Shown here: in pieces, positions 7,915 through 14,842 of the stretch
How positions within the stretch are numbered: the stretch's first letter is position 1
Layout of the letters: each line of letters opens with the position of its first letter
Program-made: the position numbers and the translations under genes
The notes under the pieces: model-generated
Databases searched by the model: none
Seen by the model: the letters and a program-made list of their open reading frames with translations, nothing else
What the model was told of the DNA's origin: nothing
IMG/VR virus record: IMGVR_UViG_3300009943_000002
Span: 1 to 37,915 of that record
Direction: 5' to 3' (one strand)
From: a virus
DNA: 37,915 bases

Positions 7915-7954
7915 GCCCTACAAGTTCTTGATTGTAGGGCATATTATTATTGTT
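7915..7954. terminator. Bidirectional terminator between convergent genes
   Basis: GCCCTACAA (7915-7923), loop gttcttga, TTGTAGGGC (7932-7940), followed by ATATTATTATTGTT. Confidence 0.6.
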
Positions 7955-8186
7955 CCACGTAGAACACCCTCTGCATCCAGCGGGTGAAGTATGGTTCCAC
8001 GACCTTGATCCGGGGGCCTCGTCTGGTCGGTATCTTGATGAGCGCCCCCGCCTTGTATGCGCTCTTGGCATAGCTTCTTTGGAGCGTACGGATAGACAAC
8101 AATGGTCTATCGTTGTCGTAGTCCCAAAAATATTTCTGTTGGATCGCCTTCCAGCCAACAACCCCGCCGAAGCCATCTATCACCAT
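7947..8186 (-). CDS. Small HTH protein, possible excisionase/AlpA-like. It is the last gene of the early operon.
   Basis: 79 aa with a GAGGAGGG SD. SIRTLQRSYAKSAYKAGALIKIPTRRGPRIKVVEPYFTRWM resembles HTH_17/Xis-type folds. The overlapping 89-aa ORF is Arg/Ser-rich and unlikely to be coding. Confidence 0.4.
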   Translation of the reverse strand: MVIDGFGGVVGWKAIQQKYFWDYDNDRPLLSIRTLQRSYAKSAYKAGALIKIPTRRGPRIKVVEPYFTRWMQRVFYVEQ

Positions 8187-8304
8187 GTTGTTACCCTCCT
8201 CTACAGATAGCGTTTTTCCGGGTCTACAGAAACGATCTCAAAAAACCCATAGGGATATACCAGCTAAAAAAGTTTGTTCGTTTTTCGTCAATACAGAAGC
8301 GCTT

Positions 8305-8604
8305 CTACGACATAGAACGGCGTTTTATTGACCGTGCTGTGCCCAGATTTTCGGGATTCCGTTTTGCCCTCACTCGATCCGGGTTATATGGCATGTACGG
8401 ATAGAGCGGGCATGTGTGATCTTTGCAATCTTTGTCTGCTTTGAGTCCATCGTAAAAACCCAAGCAATCATAGCACTTGGCATAGATTGCCTGTTTCGGT
8501 GTTAGTCTTCTCCCGTCATAGTGCATCAACAATTCTCTTTTTCCTCTGGCACCCTTGCCATATTTTTCGACAAGTTTAGCTTGCTCCGAATGTTCATTGA
8601 TCAT
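8305..8604 (-). CDS. Hypothetical Cys-rich small protein (99 aa)
   Basis: A CYDC...C...C cluster suggests a possible zinc ribbon. The start overlaps the upstream stop (ATGA). Confidence 0.55.
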   Translation of the reverse strand: MINEHSEQAKLVEKYGKGARGKRELLMHYDGRRLTPKQAIYAKCYDCLGFYDGLKADKDCKDHTCPLYPYMPYNPDRVRAKRNPENLGTARSIKRRSMS

Positions 8605-9029
8605 TGTCGATCCTCCTTTCCCCGGGTCAACCCGCCCAGTATCTCTGCTATCGGCTCCGGTTCATCCTTGGGTTGCGGCGACCCGCCACGCATGGAGGCT
8701 ATGAAGGCCCTGATCTTTTCCCTTAAGGCGGGGTTCGCCGAAATGGGCCGCTCCTCTGGATCGTGTCTGGGGATTGCCCTATTAGGCAGTGAGCGGTAGA
8801 TCGAGATTACTTTCAGCGGAAAATTCCTGGGCCACATCTCCTGGAGCTTCATCCGGTCCCAGACTTCGTCCCAACGATCCTCGGGTATCTGCCTGACGAT
8901 CTCGTCGATCCACATGATCAGGGTTTCCCGTTCTGGCTCGTGCCGCTCGAAATACCTGCAACATTTTGCGATCAGTCCACCGACAGCTCGTCTTCGTGCT
9001 TCGCTCTCGCCTCTTCCTCCGCCAGCCAT
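8601..9029 (-). CDS. Hypothetical protein (142 aa), replication-module associated
   Basis: An ORF downstream of the initiator gene. The start is uncertain: ATG 9029 overlaps the initiator by 58 nt. Confidence 0.5.
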   Translation of the reverse strand: MAGGGRGESEARRRAVGGLIAKCCRYFERHEPERETLIMWIDEIVRQIPEDRWDEVWDRMKLQEMWPRNFPLKVISIYRSLPNRAIPRHDPEERPISANPALREKIRAFIASMRGGSPQPKDEPEPIAEILGGLTRGKEDRQ

Positions 9030-9949
9030 TCTTCAATCACCCCTTTCTTGCGTTTTTCGCGATAGCCACCCTCTGAGATTTTCTCCCACCTCCGCAGGGC
9101 AAAGTCTATGTTAGCCACCCAGCCCCTATCGTTTCTGCCGAGGAGGAACGGGCAGTCACGTAGAGACTCGAATAGATCGCCCCACCACTCCAGGGGATGA
9201 TGTTTTAGGGCGGACCTGATAGCCCGCTCCCGCGCCGGCGATACAGGGAGCCTAACCCTTGGAAGTTCTCTCGGCGCTTTTTCGTTCCACAAGTTCACAA
9301 GTTTTTTAACGACAGAGACAGGGGGGGGTCCATCCGACCCGACAGGGTCGGTGGACTCATGGACTATATTCTCTTTTTCTGTTTCTGTATCTGTATCTGT
9401 ATCTGTATCTGTATCTGGTTTCGAAAGGGTTTCACGAGACCCATGAAATGGGTCAGAAAGGGTTTCATGAGAGTTTGAAGCATGGACTATGCCTTGTTCT
9501 TCTGTGTCTGTGTCTGGTTTCGTAATGGTTTCAAAATGGATGTGAAACCGTTCTGTAATGGCTTCTAAATAGTTAGAAACTGGCAATAATATCTTTGACT
9601 TAGGAAGCCCATAAAATAATATCACTAAATTCTTACATTGGTTGGTGTTACTTGGTGGATTATGTTCCAGATATTTATTAACGACGACCAAGGAGACAGC
9701 TTCATCATATGCTACTAATCCCTTTCGACCCAGTTCCGAGAGTGTTTGCGTCACCTTTACTAAGGGCCATTTCAGATCCTCGACTATATAGCCTTTCTTT
9801 AGGATATAGGCCCCCAATGCGTTCGAATGGGGGCATGTCAGCACATAGAGGAATAGCAGCTTTCCTTCTGTCGACAATGAGATAAATTTTTCATCGTGCC
9901 ATATCTTAACTTCAACATTTTGATACCTGCCTTTCCTATGCATGGTCAT
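8972..9949 (-). CDS. Putative replication initiator / replisome organiser
   Basis: 325 aa with an N-terminal winged-helix-like domain and a TD-repeat linker. The C-terminal segment (GWVANIDFALRRWEKISEGGY) resembles the conserved C-terminal domain of phage replication proteins. Confidence 0.55.
   Translation of the reverse strand: MTMHRKGRYQNVEVKIWHDEKFISLSTEGKLLFLYVLTCPHSNALGAYILKKGYIVEDLKWPLVKVTQTLSELGRKGLVAYDEAVSLVVVNKYLEHNPPSNTNQCKNLVILFYGLPKSKILLPVSNYLEAITERFHIHFETITKPDTDTEEQGIVHASNSHETLSDPFHGSRETLSKPDTDTDTDTDTETEKENIVHESTDPVGSDGPPPVSVVKKLVNLWNEKAPRELPRVRLPVSPARERAIRSALKHHPLEWWGDLFESLRDCPFLLGRNDRGWVANIDFALRRWEKISEGGYREKRKKGVIEEWLAEEEARAKHEDELSVD
9378..9419. repeat. Hexanucleotide microsatellite (TCTGTA)5 with degenerate flanking units. 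It encodes (Thr-Asp)n in frame.
   Basis: Perfect copies at 9384-9413, flanked by tctgtt and tctggt. The translation is KPDTDTDTDTDTETE. Confidence 0.9.
9415..9549. repeat. Iteron-like GGTTTC repeat cluster inside the initiator gene (candidate ori)
   Basis: - GGTTTC occurs five times direct (9417, 9428, 9461, 9516, 9527) and once inverted (9544).
- GAAAGGGTTTCAYGAGA occurs at 9423 and 9456.
- CTGGTTTCGWAAKGGTTTCA occurs at 9415 and 9514.
- An inverted repeat GACCCAT-gaa-ATGGGTC lies at 9438-9454.
- An A/T-rich stretch follows at about 9560-9700. Confidence 0.5.
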
Positions 9950-10344
9950 TTTCCCTCCATTATGCTGGTGCCTGGCTCGAACCTCTTAACACTAATTGAT
10001 ATCCTCGGATTCTTCCCGTCATAGATCAGCCTCGACCCATCCCAGGACTCTATCTGCCCATCGTTCTCCCACAGAATCCCCTCGAAACAATCCCCTATAG
10101 ACTCCAGCGCCCCGGATAGGTCCGGTCGGTTCCCCTTGTAATAGATGACGGCCCTCACAGCCAACGGCCCAGACAATGGCTTAACGCCGGCCATTATCTT
10201 CCTTACTTCCTTCTCCCACGCCCTATAAGCGGTGGAGGGGAGGGCGACATATTTCGCCGCCGATCCCTTCCCGACTCTGGTAATGATCTTGGAATTTTTT
10301 TTGGAGTAAACCCTGCCCGGAACGACATAGGTGTGTTCTGTCAT
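9946..10344 (-). CDS. rusA: RusA-like Holliday junction resolvase
   Basis: 132 aa. SKKNSK near the N-terminus and RPDLSGALESIGDCFEGILWENDGQI match the RusA catalytic-region layout. Confidence 0.65.
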   Translation of the reverse strand: MTEHTYVVPGRVYSKKNSKIITRVGKGSAAKYVALPSTAYRAWEKEVRKIMAGVKPLSGPLAVRAVIYYKGNRPDLSGALESIGDCFEGILWENDGQIESWDGSRLIYDGKNPRISISVKRFEPGTSIMEGK

Positions 10345-10370
10345 CTATCACCCCCACATACTGTCATCCT

Positions 10371-10601
10371 CTACAGATCATCTAATAGGATGACCCTACG
10401 ATCATCATCGTTCGTCAATACCATTGTCTCGCAACATAGCGACATGACGGCCAAGCAGATATCTTGGCCCCTACTCCCCCATGCCTCATATGACCCGATA
10501 CCGACGTCACCTACGAACAGACCGCTACGGTCAAAGGTCCGGCCGCAATTGCTGCACATATAGGGATAGTCCAGTGCGTCTATGTGTGTTTGTTTGCCCA
10601 T
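10371..10601 (-). CDS. Hypothetical protein (76 aa)
   Basis: GGAGGGG SD and a CSNC motif. Confidence 0.55.
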   Translation of the reverse strand: MGKQTHIDALDYPYMCSNCGRTFDRSGLFVGDVGIGSYEAWGSRGQDICLAVMSLCCETMVLTNDDDRRVILLDDL

Positions 10602-10630
10602 AGATCATTCCCCTCCTTTTTCGACCATCT

Positions 10631-11290
10631 CTACCTCCTGGCCCCTCCCAAGCTCGACTGGGGGAAAACCTCAATCCCCGGTATGCTCGTTTTCCCTTTG
10701 TCGGACCTGACCACGGCACCGATCTTGGTCAGGTTCGGCATCAGATATTCCCTTGGGATTAGAGATTCGTTAACCACCCGAAATGTCCAGGTCGTCCTCT
10801 CGGCCAGACCAGATATCTTGGGGGTCCGTGGCTGGACTGTGACCACCGGGACTTCTATCGGTTCCTCGAGAATGGCCTGGGCCGCCCCCAGGTCTCCCTC
10901 TCTCTCGGCCTGTATGGCCTCGGCCAGACGAATCTCCTCTTCCCTCCGCCGGGCTTCCTCCCTGATCCGCCGGGCCTCTTCTTCGGCCTTCCTTTCTTCC
11001 TCCCTCTTCCAGGCGATCATGGCCGGCGCAACCAAGGCCTCGGCCTCTTCCAGCGGTTTCAGGGCCTCCCTCTCTTTTTTAACAAGCGCCTTGTGGGCCT
11101 GATCCGCCTTTTCCTTGAGGGGACGGAACCAATCCTGTATGGCCTTCCGCTGGTCCTTCAATCTCCGTAAAAATTCGCCAGCAAACTGATAGTCTTCAGC
11201 CGTTTTCACAAGGATTGATCTCGCCTGTTCATACAGAGTCAGAGCGGTTTCCATCGGTTCATGATTTTCTACTTCAGTCGCTAAGCTCAT
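10631..11290 (-). CDS. Hypothetical coiled-coil protein (219 aa)
   Basis: Glu/Arg/Ala-rich central helix. ATGA-coupled to the nuclease gene. Confidence 0.6.
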   Translation of the reverse strand: MSLATEVENHEPMETALTLYEQARSILVKTAEDYQFAGEFLRRLKDQRKAIQDWFRPLKEKADQAHKALVKKEREALKPLEEAEALVAPAMIAWKREEERKAEEEARRIREEARRREEEIRLAEAIQAEREGDLGAAQAILEEPIEVPVVTVQPRTPKISGLAERTTWTFRVVNESLIPREYLMPNLTKIGAVVRSDKGKTSIPGIEVFPQSSLGGARR

Positions 11291-11880
11291 TTATTGTTCC
11301 TCCTTTTCCAATGTGTTATGGATAAACATGCCAACGCCACTTTCCTGTCCTCCCGGTCCCGATATTCCTTCCATTCATACTTCCCATCCTCGAATAGCCG
11401 AACAGCAATTCGTCTCCGAGGACCGAGCGATAATAATTCGGACTGTAGTTGGAGTTGGATGGCTACCGACGGGAGAAGTTCTCCAGTCTTAATCTCCACG
11501 ATAGCTGGGTTATCCTCCCAAAAGCCGTTCCTATCTATAATCCCGGCGAGCTGAAGGGGAATGGAATATACGACCTGTTCAATCCCCCCCTCAACCCACC
11601 GGCAATCATGCTCCCGGCAACATCTGTCCCAGGCCTCCAGGTATCCCGCCTGGGGACCATCCAGGTATTCGGCATCCAGGACCCCCAGGTCAAAATAGGC
11701 GGTCGCAAGGTGGACGGCAGACCCTCTTTCCCGAGCATACTCACTGAACCAAGTGGTATCGATCAGGCCGGCGGAAAGGAGGGCCTGCGTAATGGATGGG
11801 ATGGGCCTGCCATCAAGCCTAAACAGATGGTTTTTTTTATTAAAAGAAAGGTGGTCATCTATTACAATCCAATCTTCCAT
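11287..11880 (-). CDS. PD-(D/E)XK family nuclease (Cas4/RecB-like exonuclease)
   Basis: 197 aa. GSAVH, AGIIDR (Asp) and VEIKTG (E-x-K) occur in the canonical order. Confidence 0.6.
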   Translation of the reverse strand: MEDWIVIDDHLSFNKKNHLFRLDGRPIPSITQALLSAGLIDTTWFSEYARERGSAVHLATAYFDLGVLDAEYLDGPQAGYLEAWDRCCREHDCRWVEGGIEQVVYSIPLQLAGIIDRNGFWEDNPAIVEIKTGELLPSVAIQLQLQSELLSLGPRRRIAVRLFEDGKYEWKEYRDREDRKVALACLSITHWKRRNNK

Positions 11881-11883
11881 TAC

Positions 11884-12486
11884 TTATCCTTCTTGAATAT
11901 GTTTCCATAGTTCTCCCGAAACAATTCTGGTAATATTAGATGGATCAATCTTAAAAATATTGGCTATTACTTTTCGCTTAATTCCGATACGATGCATTTC
12001 TTTGATGACAGGAATATCTGAATTTTTTAATTTTGAACTTGGGTGTTCTTCTCCATATAAAATGCGTTGGCGATTTTTATTTATCATGTCATTTACATTA
12101 TCCTGGACAGTCCCCAAGAAAAGGTGATCCGGGTTGACACATCCAGGGTTATCGCATTTATGAAGAACCCAAAGTCCTTTGGGAATTGGTCCATTATGAA
12201 TTTCCCAGGAAACTCTATGGGCGGAGATATTTTTTCTGTTTTTTCTTATAACTCCATATCCATTAAGATATTTACTTCCGGTCCATTCCCAACAATCTCC
12301 AGTTGTATCGACATACTTCCAGAATCTTTCCTTGACAGTTAATCTTTTTCTTCCAATTGCCCCGCATGATTTTGAGCAATAAATGCCCCATCCCTTTTTA
12401 ATTGTACTTGGTGAAACCCATTTCACGAATTTCGTTCCGCATACAGGACATTTTCTAACCGGACGTTCAATGAATGTATTACCCAT
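11884..12486 (-). CDS. HNH homing endonuclease (HNH_3 type with a C-terminal HTH)
   Basis: NGYGVIRKNRKNISAHRVSWEIHNGPIPKGLWVLHKCDNPGCVNPDHLFLGT is the classic HNH_3 core. The gene is visibly A/T-rich compared with its flanks and is wedged between two recombination genes. Confidence 0.85.
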   Translation of the reverse strand: MGNTFIERPVRKCPVCGTKFVKWVSPSTIKKGWGIYCSKSCGAIGRKRLTVKERFWKYVDTTGDCWEWTGSKYLNGYGVIRKNRKNISAHRVSWEIHNGPIPKGLWVLHKCDNPGCVNPDHLFLGTVQDNVNDMINKNRQRILYGEEHPSSKLKNSDIPVIKEMHRIGIKRKVIANIFKIDPSNITRIVSGELWKHIQEG

Positions 12487-13354
12487 TTACCCCTCCTGAC
12501 TGGGTTTCTTTTGCGGCCTTTTGTGCTTCAATGTCCCTCCGGATCCGATCCAAGGTTGACCAAGCCCATTTTTCCGATTTTAGTAGGTCATCCAAATTCG
12601 AGACCGAGTGTTCCTCACCCTTTCTATCGATGAACCTTGAATAACCCTGGATAAGTTCCGATTCAGTCCCTCCGATCAACCCTACGAGTTCCTTTAGAGC
12701 CGATTCCAGTTTTTCCCTTAATGATAATCCATCTGGGTTTTTTTCTTCCTGGGAACTGTTGGGCTTCCCGGCCATTTTCGGCTGAGTAATGGGGGGCTTC
12801 CCCTTTTCCCTGTATTCGATTCCCCTTATATCCTCCCTCCTGATCCCGGCATACTCCAGGAGGTCCTCATAGGTGAGATTTCGAATTCCCAATAGCCTGG
12901 TGATCCCGTTCCCCAGGAGGTTGGTCAGTGCCGCCATCTTGAGGTCACGGCGGTCGAGGGGCTTTTCCCCCACCTTCTGACCATTCTCCCAGATATATTT
13001 CCGGAAAAACTCATCCCGACTCGACCTGGACCCCTCAGCCTCGATGGACCTCCCGGCCAATGAAAATCGTCCCTTGTAAACATAGGTGATTGTCCCGTCC
13101 TCCTCCTGCTCCATAGTGGGTTCATCAATCTGCCAACTGATATTGAAGAGGTTGGCGATCTTCTCGGCCCCAGAGGCCATTAGATATGGCCTCCCATTCT
13201 GATCAACCCAGTCATTGGCATTGGTGACCTTCAGGGCCACCCTCTTAATCTTCATCACCGCATCAATCCTTTTTTCAGCCCTCTCGGCAATGGCGATTAA
13301 ATGGTCATCACCGAAGACCTCCCCCGTTACCTTTTCAATCTGATACTCTTCCAT
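12479..13354 (-). CDS. Hypothetical protein, possible recombination/ssDNA-binding function
   Basis: 291 aa. The functional guess rests on its position upstream of the PD-(D/E)XK nuclease and an HhH-like segment (LLGNGITRLLGIRNLTYEDL). I recognise no firm family motif. Confidence 0.35.
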   Translation of the reverse strand: MEEYQIEKVTGEVFGDDHLIAIAERAEKRIDAVMKIKRVALKVTNANDWVDQNGRPYLMASGAEKIANLFNISWQIDEPTMEQEEDGTITYVYKGRFSLAGRSIEAEGSRSSRDEFFRKYIWENGQKVGEKPLDRRDLKMAALTNLLGNGITRLLGIRNLTYEDLLEYAGIRREDIRGIEYREKGKPPITQPKMAGKPNSSQEEKNPDGLSLREKLESALKELVGLIGGTESELIQGYSRFIDRKGEEHSVSNLDDLLKSEKWAWSTLDRIRRDIEAQKAAKETQSGGVNG

Positions 13355-13372
13355 GTTTTTCCTCCTTAGTTT

Positions 13373-13696
13373 CTATTTTCTACAGAGATCATTTTTCCCC
13401 CATCCGAAAAAGCCAAGGTTCACAAAATTGAGAATCCTTTTCCTGATCGCCCCAATCCGCTCTTTCCTGGCCTGCTTGGCTCGATCCCTCTCCCCGGCAA
13501 GTCTCATCATGCGGATCAGGACGAATGATGGAATGAATCCATCACGCCTGATCTCCGCCCTGGATACGGCCACTGACGGCTGCCGGGGTGGGTCAATAAC
13601 CCTGATGTAATTCCGTAGGCGAAAGACCTCATCAGCTACGGCCCGGGATTTAGGAGATATGCTTCGTATCGTCAATGGTCTCTGGTCCGTGTTCAT
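13373..13696 (-). CDS. Hypothetical protein (107 aa)
   Basis: ATG 13696 is preceded by GGAAAGGAGGAG. The longer track ORF start lacks an SD. Confidence 0.5.
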   Translation of the reverse strand: MNTDQRPLTIRSISPKSRAVADEVFRLRNYIRVIDPPRQPSVAVSRAEIRRDGFIPSFVLIRMMRLAGERDRAKQARKERIGAIRKRILNFVNLGFFGWGKNDLCRK

Positions 13697-13838
13697 CTTC
13701 TCCTCCTTTCCGCCATTCAAGGTATTCAATCCTGGCTTGGAGCTCAAAAATTTTCCTGCCAGCTATCATGGCACAGCAAAAGAACCCCATGGTCGCCCCA
13801 CCAAGAAGAAGCAGTAGATAAATGATCCAGAATTTCAT
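13650..13838 (-). CDS. Small membrane protein (62 aa)
   Basis: N-terminal hydrophobic span FWIIYLLLLLGGATMGFFCCAMIAG. ATGA-coupled to the upstream gene. Confidence 0.55.
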   Translation of the reverse strand: MKFWIIYLLLLLGGATMGFFCCAMIAGRKIFELQARIEYLEWRKGGEDEHGPETIDDTKHIS

Positions 13839-14173
13839 TTTCTCATCCCCCCTTGCTCAATAATCTTCCACCCGCCCCAATCGTGCCTGGATGCATAGTC
13901 CAGGCATTGCTCGTAATGCTCGCAGCCTCCGTAGTATGGGTGATAGAGATAACACCCCACCGGTCTCCCAGTGGGAGCCTGCCGAATTAGGCATGATGCG
14001 GGCTGTCCAACCTCCTTCTGCATGTGCCTATTTCCCGCCTGGCCACCAGCGCCATTGCGCCGCAGCTCTCTATCCATCGGAATGCCCCTCACTGCCCGGT
14101 AATAGGCCGTCATGTAGCTGAGGCCATATGTTCTCATCCCGACCCATATCTCCGGGTATCGTATCCTAGGCAT
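13835..14173 (-). CDS. Hypothetical protein (112 aa) with a C-terminal Cys/His cluster
   Basis: GAGGAGG SD. The cluster is CYLYHPYYGGCEHYEQC. Confidence 0.55.
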   Translation of the reverse strand: MPRIRYPEIWVGMRTYGLSYMTAYYRAVRGIPMDRELRRNGAGGQAGNRHMQKEVGQPASCLIRQAPTGRPVGCYLYHPYYGGCEHYEQCLDYASRHDWGGWKIIEQGGMRK

Positions 14174-14193
14174 GGTTCCTCCTCATGACCGAG

Positions 14194-14265
14194 TTAGAGC
14201 CCCCGGTCTCGGAATTCGGGCATGGTCAAAGCGCCGACTTCTCCCACCGCCCAGATAGGGTTCAT
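14194..14265 (-). CDS. Micro-ORF (23 aa, MNPIWAVGEVGALTMPEFRDRGL) carrying copy 1 of the 22-bp repeat
   Basis: Its ATG overlaps the stop of the upstream gene (ATGA). It fills the gap to the next gene's SD. Confidence 0.35.
   Translation of the reverse strand: MNPIWAVGEVGALTMPEFRDRGL
14232..14253. repeat. 22-bp exact direct repeat, copy 1 (CGCCGACTTCTCCCACCGCCCA)
   Basis: Identical to 15407-15428. Confidence 0.95.
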
Positions 14266-14465
14266 TGCGCTAACTCCAACCTCTTGACTTCCTTGAGCTT
14301 TCTCTCGAAGAAGTCAATTAGCCCTTCTCTTGCTTCTTGCATGATTTCCGGCCCCATATATTCCAGGGCCATTTTGAGATAAACGGAAAGTTCGGGTAGG
14401 ATCGCCCAGGTCTCATCGGCCAGCCAGGCGGCGGGACAGGAATGGGATGAAGGGGAATTCGCCAT
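14262..14465 (-). CDS. Hypothetical early protein (67 aa)
   Basis: I prefer ATG 14465 with a GGGGG tract 7 nt upstream to the track's TTG start at 14477. Confidence 0.5.
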   Translation of the reverse strand: MANSPSSHSCPAAWLADETWAILPELSVYLKMALEYMGPEIMQEAREGLIDFFERKLKEVKRLELAQ

Positions 14466-14487
14466 CAAGACCCCCAATATAAATTTG

Positions 14488-14515
14488 TTGACAAATTATT
14501 TTGTTGTTCTATAAT
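14488..14515 (+). promoter_or_regulatory. Near-consensus sigma70 promoter TTGACA-16-TATAAT reading antisense into the cro-like gene
   Basis: TTGACA at 14488-14493 and TATAAT at 14510-14515. TTGTTG hexamers occur at 14485, 14501 and 14515. Confidence 0.55.
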
Positions 14516-14745
14516 TGTTGATATTGGTCGGTCCATATCTCCCGGGGGTCAACCCCGAGGATACGGCATAGCTCCGCCCTGACCTCGGGGAGAACGAGGC
14601 TCCCCCGGAAGATATGGTTGACCGTGGACCGGTGGATCTTCCGGCCCAACCGCTCGGTCAACATATCGGCGAGTTTGGCCTGCGATAGGCCTTTCTCGAT
14701 GGTTAGGATCTTTAAACGACGATGGACAGGATTGAGTTCATACAT
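14509..14745 (-). CDS. Cro-like XRE-family HTH regulator, first gene of the early operon
   Basis: 78 aa. LSQAKLADMLTERLGRKIHRSTVNHIFRG forms an HTH. AGGGAGG SD. It is divergent from the cI-like gene. Confidence 0.75.
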   Translation of the reverse strand: MYELNPVHRRLKILTIEKGLSQAKLADMLTERLGRKIHRSTVNHIFRGSLVLPEVRAELCRILGVDPREIWTDQYQQL

Positions 14746-14779
14746 TGACTCTACCTCCCTTAGGTAAAATTATGCCGTC

Positions 14780-14808
14780 GAAATACAACAATTGTTGGAA
14801 TATGTCAA
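14780..14808 (-). promoter_or_regulatory. Candidate early (PR-like) promoter with a palindromic operator in its spacer
   Basis: On the minus strand, TTGACA lies at 14808-14803 and TATTTC at 14785-14780, with a 17-nt spacer. That spacer contains the perfect palindrome CAACAATTGTTG (14786-14797). AAATACAACA recurs at 14781 and 14814. Confidence 0.5.
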
Positions 14809-14842
14809 GTTAAAAATACAACACTTATTTAAATTAAGTTAA

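Noticed and set aside
7907-8176. The 89-aa ORF overlapping the Xis-like gene, and the 93-aa and 81-aa ORFs at 1677-2112.
   Set aside because: Each is an alternative frame of a better-supported ORF (with an SD and protein-like composition). Their sequences are Arg/Ser-rich and low in complexity.
8197-8208. The 12-bp repeat TCCTCTACAGAT, also at 10367-10378, as a regulatory motif.
   Set aside because: By my estimate, tens of 12-mer repeats are expected by chance in 38 kb. One copy overlaps an SD and the other a stop codon, and I see no common context.
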